Part shown: positions 13,363-24,494 of the stretch, one piece after another
Numbering within the stretch: the stretch's first letter is position 1
How the letters are laid out: each line of letters begins with the position of its first letter
Assembly: GCF_004010195.1 (NCBI RefSeq)
Contig: NC_057718.1
Coordinates: 40,743,632 to 40,806,377, forward strand
DNA length: 62,746 nt
Direction of reading: 5' to 3'
Source: Chiloscyllium plagiosum
Lineage: Eukaryota
Notes under the pieces: generated by a model
Seen by the model: the letters and a program-made list of their open reading frames with translations, nothing else
Databases searched by the model: none
What the model was told of the DNA's origin: nothing
Position numbers and translations under genes: made by a program

Positions 13363-13466
13363 GAATGAGGCTGGTGTGCCAAGCAGGCTGAGATAAAGGG
13401 TAGGGGGGAGGGAATTTGGGGGAGGGGTGCTGGGAATGCGATTGGTGGAAGGAGATGAGGGTGAGG

Positions 13467-13911
13467 NNNNNNNNNNNNNNNNNNNNNNNNNNNNNNNNNN
13501 NNNNNNNNNNNNNNNNNNNNNNNNNNNNNNNNNNNNNNNNNNNNNNNNNNNNNNNNNNNNNNNNNNNNNNNNNNNNNNNNNNNNNNNNNNNNNNNNNNNN
13601 NNNNNNNNNNNNNNNNNNNNNNNNNNNNNNNNNNNNNNNNNNNNNNNNNNNNNNNNNNNNNNNNNNNNNNNNNNNNNNNNNNNNNNNNNNNNNNNNNNNN
13701 NNNNNNNNNNNNNNNNNNNNNNNNNNNNNNNNNNNNNNNNNNNNNNNNNNNNNNNNNNNNNNNNNNNNNNNNNNNNNNNNNNNNNNNNNNNNNNNNNNNN
13801 NNNNNNNNNNNNNNNNNNNNNNNNNNNNNNNNNNNNNNNNNNNNNNNNNNNNNNNNNNNNNNNNNNNNNNNNNNNNNNNNNNNNNNNNNNNNNNNNNNNN
13901 NNNNNNNNNNN
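13467..13911. other. Assembly gap (445 N)
   Basis: Run of N. Confidence 1.
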
Positions 13912-14319
13912 GGGTCTGTTTGGAGGTGGCGGAAATGACGGAGGGTGATACCATGTATCCGGAGGTTGGTGGGGTGGAAGGTGAGGACCAGTGGGGTTCT
14001 GTCCTTGTGGCGATTGGAGGGGTGGGGTTCAAGGGCGGAGGTGCGGGAAGTGGAGGAGATGTGGTGGAGAGCATCATCAACAACGTCGGAGGGGAAATTG
14101 CGGTCTTTGAAGAAGGAGGCCATTTGGGTTGTTTTGTACCCCCTGCTGTCAGATGTTGAATCTGAGACATGTTGGTTGTTTTATTTAACATACCAAAGTT
14201 TAGGCCTAAAATATATAGCTCCTGAAAGCATTAAGTAACAATTACTGTATACAGAGGAAGTGAAAGATGAACATGAAGCTGCAGGAAAAGAAAGTGTACT
14301 GATTTGGGACTTGACAACA

Positions 14320-15170
14320 TCTTCAAGGACTTAGGAGAGGAAAGCATGGCTGGAGATGAGCTAGTGGCTTGTAAGAACTGAACTGTCAAGGTTTTGTGAA
14401 AGGAAGGTATTTGACAGAAGAAATGAAAGAGGCAAATAAAACCAGATGGTGGAAAGCATTGGCAATATCACCAAGCATGGTGGGCCGAAGCTGGGAAGTT
14501 GGCTGGTCAGTCATTTGAGTGGAAAATGATCAAGAGAGCAGATAGTGGGTCTCTAGATGATCTGTGGAGGGATATGAGGGGTAATAAACAGAAAGATGCA
14601 AGAAATAAGAGCAAGGACAGAACTGCACTTTTGGGCAAAGGTTGAAATAGACATTAAGAAGGAATACATGGAGCAGATACAGCCTAACAGATGTTCTCAA
14701 TCTTAGTGGGGAAACAGTTCATATGTTCCTCTGTGTTTTTAGACAACTTGTATGCCATTTCTTCTTAGATCACAGTTTCTTGCAATTTAACATTGGGGCT
14801 ACCAAAACTGTCATTTTTCATTTCTGTAACACTGAACGACTCCATCGTGTTTCAGATCATCAGCTGCTGAAACCGTCATCCATGCTTTTGTCATCTTCAG
14901 AATCAACAATCCTAATGATCTCCTGGTCTGACCATTTGCCGTTCAACCGGCATAAAAGAGAATTCACACAAACATCTGCTGTTCATACGCTAACCCACAA
15001 CAAGGCCCATTCACTGATTATCCCTGCATTCACTGGTTTAGATTGACTTTTTGCCTCCAATGCCTTGGTTTTAAAATTCGCTTCATATGTTCAAATCCCT
15101 CCAAGGCCATGCACCCCACCTTACCTTCTTTCAGTGCTATCTCCAGCCTGACAGCATTCTGAAGACTTCT
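14320..15170. mobile_element. Old L2 LINE fragments (minus ~14320-14700, plus ~14790-15170)
   Basis: Plus strand SSAAETVIHAFVIFRIN resembles the L2 AETLIHAFVTSRLDY motif; minus piece resembles decayed NYRPISNLPFLSKVLE. Confidence 0.6.
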
Positions 15171-15281
15171 GAAGAATAGTCAGAGAGAGAGGGTGTGGAG
15201 CAAAATTAGGGGCAATCTAAGGCAGTCACCAAGAAATCAAATAGGAAATTCAGCAGACAATGATGAGAATATGCCGCAGTC

Positions 15282-15410
15282 CTGAGGAAGGGTCACTCGA
15301 CCTGAAACGTTAACTCTGATTTCTCTCCACAGATGCTGCCAGACCTGCTGAGCTTTTCCAGCAATTTCTGTTTTTGTCTTTGATTCACAGCATCCTTGGT
15401 TAGTTTTTAT
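15282..15410 (+). mobile_element. PLE-terminus element beginning with hammerhead motif
   Basis: CTGAGGA-A-GGGTC ACTC GACCT-GAAAC-GTT at 15282-15311, then AGATGCTGCCAGACCTGCTGAG tail. Confidence 0.75.
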
Positions 15411-15570
15411 TTACTTGCCACAGGCAGTAGATAAGGCAAATAGTATTGGTATATACAAAGAGCATAAAGATATGAGGGAGACTGGAATAGAAAGGAAGAC
15501 TCATAGAGTTAGATGAGGAAGGATAAGAGTGGCTGAAGTGTGACATATACTCAGGCATGGATTGGGTAGG

Positions 15571-17035
15571 AGAAAGTGAGGACTGCAGATGCTGGAGATG
15601 ACAGTCGAGAGTGTAGTGCTGGAAAAGCACAGCAGGTCAGGCAGCATCTGAGGGGCAGGAGAATCGACGTTTGGGGCATAAGCCCTTCATCAGGAATGAG
15701 GCTTGTGGGTCGGGACTGAGAGATAAATGGGAGGGGATGGGGTTTGGGGGAAGGTAGCTGAGAAAGCGATAGGTGGATGAAGGTGAGGGAGAAGGTGATA
15801 GTTCGGGGTGGTGGTGATGGACAGGTCTGGAGGGCAGTGCCGAGTTAGGGGCTTGGGACTGGGATATGGTGGGGGAGGGGAAATGAGGAATCTGTTGTAA
15901 CCCACATTTATCCCGTGTGGTTGCAGGGTCCCAAGGCAGAATGTGAGGCGTTCCTCCTCCAGGCGTCAGGTGGTAATGGTTTGGCAGTGGAGGGGGTCCA
16001 GGACCTGCATGTCCTTGACGGAGTGGGAGGGGGAGTTGAAGTGTTCAGCCACAGGCCGGTGGGGTTGGTGGGTGCGGGTGTGTCCCAGGGATATTCCCTG
16101 AAACAATCCGGAAGAAGGCGTCCTGTCTCCCCGATATAGAGGAGACCACACCGGGTGCAACGAATGTAGTAGGTGACATTGGTAGAGGAACAAGTAAATT
16201 TCTGATGGATGTAGAAGGATCCCTTGGGGCCTTGGACGGAGGTGAGGGGAGTGGTGTGGATGCAGGTTTTGCACTTCCTGTGGTGGCAGGAAAAGGTGGC
16301 AGGAGTGGGGTGTGGGCTGTTGGTGGGTGTGGACCTGATGAGGGAGTTGCAGAGGGAATGGTCTTTTCGGAACACTGATAGGGGTGGGGAGGGAAATATA
16401 TCTCTGGTGGTGGGATCTGTTTGTAGGTTGCGGAGGTGGCAGAGGATGATGCATTGTATGCAGGGGTTGGTGGGATGGAAGGTGAGGACCTGTCTGTGTT
16501 GCATTGGGAGGGGTGGGGTTCAAGGGCAGTGGTTCGTGAAGTGGAGGAGAAGTGCTGGAGGGCATCATCAAGCACATGGGAAGTGAAGTTGCGTTCGTGT
16601 AAAAAGGAGGCCATGTGGAATTTTCTGAGGTGGAATTGGTCATCCTGGGAACAGATGTGGCAGAGGCAGAGAAATTGGGAATAAGGGATGGCGTTTTTGC
16701 AGGTGGTAGGATGGGAGGAGGTGTAGTCTAGGTAGCTGTGGAAGTCGGTGGGCTTGCAGTATATCTCTGTGGTTAGTCGGTTGCCAGAGGCAGTGATGAT
16801 GAGGTCCAGGAAGGGGAAAGAGGTTGCTGAGATGGTCCAGGTGATTTTGAGATCGGGGTGGAAGGTACTGGTAAAGTTGGTGAGCTGTTCAACCTCCTCA
16901 TGGGAGACAAGGTGGCGCCAATACAGTCATCGATGTAACGGAGGAACAGGTGGGGGTGTGATGCTGGTGTAACTGCGGAATCTAGTATATGTCTGTGGTT
17001 AGTCGGTTGCTAGAGACGGTGATGGAGACGTCCAA
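15571..17035 (-). mobile_element. Penelope-like retroelement (RT C-term, linker, GIY-YIG endonuclease, terminus), frameshifted
   Basis: NVTYYIRCTRCGLLYIGETGR (GIY-YIG), CHHRKCKTC linker, VAEHFN; probable TSD GA(T/C)TGGGTAGG at 15560-15570 and 17036-17046. Confidence 0.92.
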
Positions 17036-18147
17036 GACTGGGTAGGCAGAATGGCCATTTCTATGTTGTACATTTTATGTGTTTCTATTTAATGCAAGTT
17101 GCTCTTTTAAAAACTCTTTAATACTGCTTTATTATACCAATTTAAAACCTTATTATTGGTAAAAATGTAACTTTTGCAATAATAAATTAATACTTTTGCT
17201 TGGAGAATGCATTGGATTGTACTAGACCCAAAATATTGTCAATATTTTTCACTTAATAGTTTCTTTGGTAAATATCTTTTTGGCAACGTTCAACAAAAAT
17301 CAACAATGAAATGTCCAATTAAATATTTAGTTAGTCTCTATTGTCTCGAGTCAAATCATGTCATAATTGGGTGAACGCTAATGGTGCAATGTGAATTCCT
17401 ACATTAAGTACCTGATCTGAAAAATAAGTAAAAATACATGCAGAGTAAGTTATTCATGTACAAGAAGCTCAACAGAAAAAAACTCCCAAGTTTGTATTCA
17501 CAAGGGAGGCAGTCGATGGCAGATATCATTTGGGTGTGTACGGACTTTGAGCAGCTCTGTGTCTCTCTCCTTCCCCTTAGTAATTAACCTTCCTAGGTGA
17601 GAGGCCAAGGTTTATTTGGGGCATTGCCATTAGTTAGCACAAACTCTCGAACGCACTATAGTTCCACAAAACCTTCCTGTCAAAATCAAGTTAATGAAAT
17701 AATGTTTAAAATTTGTTTTAAAAGTGTATGTGTCATTTTGAACCATTCAATCATGCTAATGTTAAGAATGGGGGACCAGTTTACTGTGTCTCCAAGTGGA
17801 CCACGATAACATTTTTCACCACGTTCAAGGTTAGAATTTTCCAATGTCATTCACATCACAGTGGTGTCAGTATCAGATATGGAAAAGTTTAAACTGTGCT
17901 ACACCCACACTTAATTTCAAGGATTATTTTGATTAAAGCATACACTGACCTTGTCAGCTTCACATTCAACACCGACAACATCATAAATTAAGTTTAATTG
18001 GTAAAATATACAGATCCTTACAGCCTTAGATGTTTGATGCTGCTTGTTCTCCTTATAGTAAGCCAAAGGTTAGGAATGAAGCATAAAATTTTCACTCTAG
18101 AGATTAAATATCCCACACTAGGTGATTACACTGGAGGATTTATGGGT

Positions 18148-18400
18148 ACAGTGGTGGTTATAATGCTGGACTAATAACCAGAAACTCAGTCTAATGTTTT
18201 GGAGATATAAGTTCAAATCTCACCAAGGCATCTGAGGAACTTAAATGCAACTATTTAAATAAATCTGGAATAGCAAACTAATTAATTTTGACCATGAAAC
18301 TGCTGGGTTGTCATAAAAACACAACAGGTTTGATTAAGCCATTTAAAGAAATAAATTTTCTGCTCTTGACTGATCTGACCTATATGTGGCTCCAGATAAA
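18148..18400 (+). mobile_element. Old tRNA-derived SINE, interrupted at 3' side by PLE
   Basis: CAGTGGTGGTTATAATGCTGGACTAATAACCAGA..GTTCAAATCTCACC; homologous to 59022-59353. Confidence 0.7.
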
Positions 18401-18404
18401 CACC

Positions 18405-18985
18405 GATAGACACCTCCAACGCATCTTGTCCACATCCTGCACCTCCGCCCTCAGACCCCACCCCTCCAACCGTAACAAGGACAGAACGCTCCTGGTGCTC
18501 ACCTTCCACCCTAGCAACCTTCGCATAAATCAAATCATCCACCGACATTTCCGCCACCTCCAAAAAAACCCCACCACCAGGGATATATTTCCCTCCCCAC
18601 CCCTTTCNNNNNNNNNNNNNNNNNNNNNNNNNNNNNNNNNNNNNNNNNNNNNNNNNNNNNNNNNNNNNNNNNNNNNNNNNNNNNNNNNNNNNNNNNNNNN
18701 NNNNNNNNNNNNNNNNNNNNNNNNNNNNNNNCACCTCCGCTCCCTCACCACCAGACGCCTGGGGGAAGAACGCCTCATCTTCCGCCTCGGAACACTTCAA
18801 CCCCAGGGCATCAATGTGGACTTCAACAGTTTCCTCATTTCCCCTTCCTCCACCTCACCCTAGTTCCAAACTTCCAGCTCAGCACTGTCCCCAAGACTTG
18901 TCCTACCTGCCTATCTTCTTTTCCACCTATCCACTCCACCGTCCTCCCTGACCTATCACCTTCATCCCCTCCCCCACTCACCTAT
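18405..18985 (+). mobile_element. Penelope-like fragment containing a 124-N gap (18608-18731)
   Basis: RTLLVLTFHP..RRLGEERLIFRLGTLQPQGINVDF, the PLE endonuclease C-terminus. Confidence 0.9.
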
Positions 18986-18999
18986 TACAATAGGAAAGA

Positions 19000-19630
19000 C
19001 TGTGCAATATTAGCATTAATTTCAAGAGGGCTAAAATACGAGCGTAGAGATGAACTACTGAGGCTGTATAAGGCTCTGGACAGACTGCATTTGGAACATT
19101 ATGAGCAGTTTTAGACCCCCTATCTGAGGAAAGATGTGCTAATGTTGAAGGGGTCCAGAGGAGATTTACAAGAATGATCCCAGGAACGACGAGCTTGTTA
19201 TATAAGGAGTCGTTGAGGACTCTGGTTCTGTAGTCGATGGACTTTAGAAGGATTAGGTAGGATCTCATTGAAATTTACAGAATATTGAGAGGCCTAGATA
19301 GAGTGGAGGTAGAGAAGATGTTTCCACTGGTCGGAGAGGCCAGGACCTGAGGGCACAGCCTCAGAGTGAAGGGACAACCATCACTCTGAGATGAGGTTGA
19401 ATTTCTTCAGATGGTGGTTAAGCTGTGGAACTCATTACTCCAGAAGGCTGTGGAGGACAAGTCATTGAGTGACTTTAAGACAGAGATAGATAGGTTCTTG
19501 ATTAGTAAGGGGATCAAAGGTTATGGGGAGAAGGCAGGACAATGGGTTTGAGAAACATATCAGCCATGATCAAATAACAGAACTAACTCAATTGGCCAAA
19601 TGGTCTAATTCTTTATCTTATGGTCTTATG
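19000..19630 (+). mobile_element. CR1 LINE 3' fragment
   Basis: LLRLYKAL..LEGVQRRFTRMIPG; tail TCTTATGGTCTTATG. Confidence 0.88.
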
Positions 19631-20070
19631 ATGGACTGATGTATGAGGAGAGATTGACGAGGTTAGGATTGTTTTCACTGGAATTCAGATGAGTGAGGGG
19701 GGATCTCATAGAGACTTATCAAATTCTTACAAGACTGGGCAGGGTAGGTGCAGGGAGGATATCCCTGATGGTGGGTGTGTCCAGAACCAGGATATAAAAT
19801 CTGAGGATTCTGGGTAGACCATTTAGGTCGGAGACGAGGAGACATTTCTTCACCCAAAGAGTGGTAAGCCTGTGGAATTCATTACCACATTACCACAGGA
19901 AGTAGTTGATGGCAAACCATTGAACATATGCAAGAGGTGGCTGGATATAGCATTTGGGGTAAATGGGATCTAAGGTTATGGGGAAAAAGCAGGATTAGGC
20001 TATTGAGTTGGATGATCAACCATGATCATGATAAATGGCAGAGCAAACTCGAAGGGCTGAATGGCCTCCA
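19631..20070 (+). mobile_element. CR1 LINE 3' fragment (different subfamily)
   Basis: YEERLTRLGLFSLE..GDLIETYQIL; 3' UTR GAAGGGCTGAATGGCCT. Confidence 0.88.
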
Positions 20071-21171
20071 TCTGGAGGTTGGCAAACGTGGTGCCATTGT
20101 TTAAGAAGGGTGGTAAGGACAAGCCAGGGAACTATAGACCAGTGAGCCTGATGTTGGTGGTGGGTAAGTTGTTCGAGAGAATCCTGAGGGACAGGATGTA
20201 CATGTATTTGGAAAGGCAAGGACTGATTAGGGAACATGGCTTTGTGCATGGGAAATCATGTTTCACAAACTTGATTGAGTTTTTGAAGAAGTAACAAAAA
20301 GGATTGGTGAGGCCAGAGCAGTAGACGTGATCTATCTGGACTTCAGTAAGGCGTTCGACAAAGTTCCCCATCGGAGACTGGTCAGCAAGGTTAGCTTCAC
20401 GGAATACAGAGAGAACTAGCCATTTGGATATGGAACTGGCTCAAAGGTAGAACACAGACGGTGGTGGTGGAGGGTTGTTTTTCAGACTGGATGCCTGTGA
20501 GCAGTGGAGTGCCACAAGGATTGGTGCTGGGTCCTCTACTTTTTGTCATTTACATAAATGATTTGGATGCAAGCAAAAGAGGTACAGTTAGTAAGTTTGC
20601 AGATGACGCCAAATTGTAGGTATAGTGGACAGCGAAGAAGGTTACCTCAGATTACAACAGGATCTTGATCAGATGGGCCAATGGGCCGAGAAGTGGCAGA
20701 TGGAGTTTAGTTCGCTGCATTTTGGGAAAGCAAATCTTAGCAGGACTGATACACTTAATGGTAAGGTCCTAGAGAGTGTTGCTGAACAAAGAGACCTTGG
20801 AGGGCAAGTTCATAGCTCCTTAAAAGTGGAGTCACAGGTAGATAGGATAGTGAAGAAGGCATTTGGTATGCTTTCTTTTCTTGGTCAGAGTATTAAATAC
20901 AGGAGTTGGGAGGTCATTTTGCCACTGTACAGGACATTGGTTAGGCCAATGTTGGAATATTGCGTGCAATTCTGGTCTCCTTCCTATCGGAAAGGTGTTG
21001 TGAAACTTGAAAGGGTTCAGAAAAGATTCACAAGGATGTTGTGAGGGTTGGAGGATTTGAGCTATGGGGAGGGGCTGAACAGGCTGGGGCTGTTTTCCCT
21101 GGAGCGTCGGAGGGTGAGGGTTGACCTTATAGAGGTTTACAAAATTATGAGGGGTGTAGATAGGATAAATA

Positions 21172-21796
21172 CATAAAAACATTTCTGAACTGACAGCCAG
21201 ACTACTGCGACCACTAGGACTCATAATAGCACACAAACCAACAGCCACTCTCAGACAACAATTCACCAGGACGAAGGACCCGATACCCAGCATGAGCAAA
21301 ATCAACGTAGTGTACAAAATCCCATGCAAGGACTGCACAAAACACTACATAGGATAAACAGGAAGACAGTTAACGATCTGCATCCATGAACACCAACTAG
21401 CCACGAAACGACATGACCAGCTATCCTTAGTAGCCACACACTCAGATGACAAGCAACATGAGTTCGACTGGGACAACGCTACTATTATAGGACAAGCCAA
21501 ACAGAGAACAGCCAAACAGCATGGCACTCATCCACAGATTCAATCAATAAGCACATCGACCTGGACCCAATATACCGGCCACTACAGCAGACAGATGGAA
21601 CTGACAACCGGAAGCGGCAGAGACAAACCACTATAAATGCCGGAGGAAACATCACAAAAGCATTTCACAGGAGGCTCCCAAGCACTGAGGATGTCACCTA
21701 GACAGGGGACGAAACGTCTGCAACACAAATTCCCAGTTCGGCGAACAGAACCACAACAACGAGCACCCGAGCTACAAATCTTCTCACAAATTTTGA
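21172..21796 (+). mobile_element. Penelope-like element 3' part (GIY-YIG + terminus) nested in CR1
   Basis: NVVYKIPCKDCTKHYIG*TGR; perfect 14-bp TSD AGATAGGATAAATA at 21158-21171 and 21797-21810. Confidence 0.92.
21682..21721 (+). ncRNA. Minimal hammerhead ribozyme motif (PLE type)
   Basis: GCA-CTGAGGA-T-GTCACCT AGAC AGGGGAC-GAAAC-GTC-TGC; helix I GCA/TGC, helix II with one mismatch. Confidence 0.75.
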
Positions 21797-22724
21797 AGAT
21801 AGGATAAATAGACAAAGTCTTTTCCCTGGGGTGGAAGTGTCCAGAACTAGAGGGCATAAGTTTAGGGTGAGAGGGGAAAGATATAAAAGGGACCTAAGTG
21901 GCAACGTTTTCACACAGAGGGTGGTACGTGTATGGAATGAGCTGCCAGAGGAAGTGGTGGAGGCTGGTACAATTGCAACATTTAAAAGGCATTTGGATGG
22001 GTATATGAATAGGAAGGGTTTGGAGGGATATGGGTCTGGTGCTGGCAGGTAGAACTAGATTGGGTTGGGATATCTGGTCGGCATTGACGGGTTGGACTGA
22101 AGGGTCTGTTTCCATGCTGTACATCTCTATGACTCTATGACTCTATGCTCCTATCTTCTATGTTTCTCTGTTTCTATGATCTTATTACTGCTTTGCAAGA
22201 GGTTGTTTCAGAGAGTAACTGGGGACTTGTGTGACATTTCACAGTCCTCTCCTCATAAGTACATTTGGGATGTCACTGATGTGAATTTTGCTAGAGCCCA
22301 TCTATTCACCTCATTCCCCTTTGACACAGTCAATCAAACAGTGAGGCTGTTAGGATTCCTATCCATCACTCTGTGAGCCCCCTATCACCAACCAGCAGCA
22401 TTCGTGAACTGAAAAGGATTTCACTCCCTTAAGGCATGACTCATTGATGTCCATAACAGGTGGATTTTGCAGATCTGTGCTTGGTGTCCAAGGGAAGATG
22501 CCATGACCTGTATACATGGGAACATTCACAGGCACCAGCCTTGTTCCAGGATCCTTGGCAAGGTGACAGCAGGAGTATTCCAAATGTAACTTACGACATC
22601 TCAAAGAAATCCTCAGACTGCCACAGAACAAAAGTACAATGCTATCACACTTCAACCAGGGTTATTGCAGGGTCATGAAGTACTTTGAAAGGCTGGGCAT
22701 GGCATTAATCAACTCCAGCCCCCC

Positions 22725-23190
22725 CACTATTCTTGACCAACTGCAATCAGCCTAACGGACCAACAGATCCACATCAGATGTCATATCACTTGCCCTTCGC
22801 TCCTCCCTAGAACATCTAGACACCAAGAACAGCTCTGTAAGAATCCTACTCAATAACTATAGTTCAGCCTTCAACACTATTATCCCTTTGACACTGATTA
22901 CTAAATTTAGTGATCTCAGACTAAGCCCCACTCTCTGCAACTGGATCCTCAGTTTCCTGACCCTCAGGTCACAATCAGTGATGACTGGGGACAAGATTTC
23001 ATCCTCACTAACACTCAACACAGGAGCCTCCAGGGATGCGTACTCAGTCCCCTACTGTACTCACTGTATACCCATGAATTTGTTGCCAAATACCAGACTA
23101 ATGCCATTTACAAGTTCACTGATGACACCACCAAAGTCGGTCAAATCTCAGATAGCAACGAAGCAGATTACAGACAGCAGGTGGAAGACC
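22725..23190 (+). mobile_element. Rex1/Babar-type LINE RT fragment
   Basis: NRSTSDVISLAL..YSSAFNTIIP..LCNWILSFLT..LNTGA; YKFTDDT. Confidence 0.85.
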
Positions 23191-24240
23191 TGGGAGGGAA
23201 ATGTCATCGTCTGCTAACTTGCACTGTCTCTATTTAGAACCTATAATGTCATTCAGTCCTTACCATAGTCGCCAGGTGTCTGTCTTGGTCTCTGGTTTAG
23301 ACCGGTATTAGTCTTTGGCTGTCTTAATGGTTCTGCGAAAGTCATACTTGGATGTCTTATATTTGAGTGGGTCTCCTGATCTGAAGGCCTCATGCCTGGT
23401 TTTTAGCAGGTTCTGTACGTCCTGATTCAACCAGGGTTTCTTGTTGGGGAACACCTAGATTGACTTCCTCGGTATTCAGTCCTCCACACACTTGCTGATA
23501 AAGTCTGTGGCGGTGGTGGCGTACTTGTCCAAGGTACCTGTGGACTGTTTGAACATGGCCCAATCAGCCATTTCCAGACAGCACCAGAGTTGATCCTCTG
23601 CCTCCTCCAACCAGCACTGGACCTGTATCCGCAAGGGGGTCTCCTGTTTGAGCTTTTGCCTGTAAGTTGGGAGAAGAAGCATGGCATTGTGGTCGGAGTT
23701 CCCAAAATGAGGGCGGGGGATGGAGCAGTAGGTGTAGTAGTGGTCTAAAATGTTCAGGCCCCTGTTGTGCAGGTAAAATTCTGGTGGTACTTGGGCAGCA
23801 CCTTTCTGAGATTGGCTTGATTGAAGTTGCCAGTCACCAATAAACAGGACTTCAGGGTGTTCCATCTCCAGGGTGTTAGTGGTGGAGTACAGCACATCCA
23901 GAGCTTCCTCAACCTTTGCTTGTGGTGGTATGTACACAGCAGTTAGTATAGCAGTGGTAAATTCCTGTGGTAGATAGAAGGGTGGCATTTGATGGTGAGG
24001 AATTCAAGATTTGGGGAGCAATGGCTACCCAGGGTTGCAATGTCCGTGCACCACAAGTTGTTGATTAAAAAGCAAACCCCTCCACCCTCTGTCTTACCCG
24101 ATGATGCTGTGTGGTCCATATGATGGATAGAAAAACCATCAGCCTGAAGTGTGCAGTCGGGAATGGATGGGTTGAGCCAGGTTTCTGTGAAGCAGAGTGC
24201 GCAGTAGTCCCACAGTTCATGCTGGAAATTGAGTTGCAAG
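23191..24240 (-). mobile_element. Rex1/Babar-type LINE endonuclease/linker fragment
   Basis: CALCFTETWL, GGGVCFLINNLWC, PFYLPQEFTTAILTAVYIPP, PHFGNSDH. Confidence 0.85.
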
Positions 24241-24494
24241 GGGAGTTGGTTCACAAGTTGAAGGTCTTGAACTCAATATTAATTACCCTGAGCTTCCCTC
24301 TGCAGTTGCTCTATAATTCATTCAACAGTAATCAGGGTTGGACAGTAAATACCAGAATTGCTGGAAATGCTTACATCCTGAGAAGTGAATGCAGTAAATG
24401 AAATACATCTTCTTTTCCTTTATCTGTTTTTGTCCCTGAGTAAGGCATTAAATGCCCCAATAGCTTTCTAACAACATTTTTCCTAATAGTGTCA

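Larger units (their letters stand above)
13274..14136 (-). mobile_element. Penelope-like retroelement, 5'-truncated, young
   Basis: MASFFKDRNFP..RTPLVLTFHP peptide homologous to the GIY-YIG copy at 15571-17035; perfect 13-bp TSD TACCCCCTGCTGT at 13261-13273 and 14137-14149. Confidence 0.9.
20071..22147 (+). mobile_element. CR1/HER1-like LINE, 5'-truncated, interrupted by PLE
   Basis: KPGNYRPVSL, SKFADD, LEYCVQFWSP; (GACTCTAT)n tail at ~22125-22147. Confidence 0.95.

Noticed and set aside
13202..14191. Longest ORFs in the track (up to 329 aa)
   Set aside because: Length comes from translating the N gap; real parts are PLE sequence.
24376..24436. Minus-strand exon-like segment ending in GTAAGC
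   Set aside because: Weak acceptor, wedged between repeats, no recognisable peptide.
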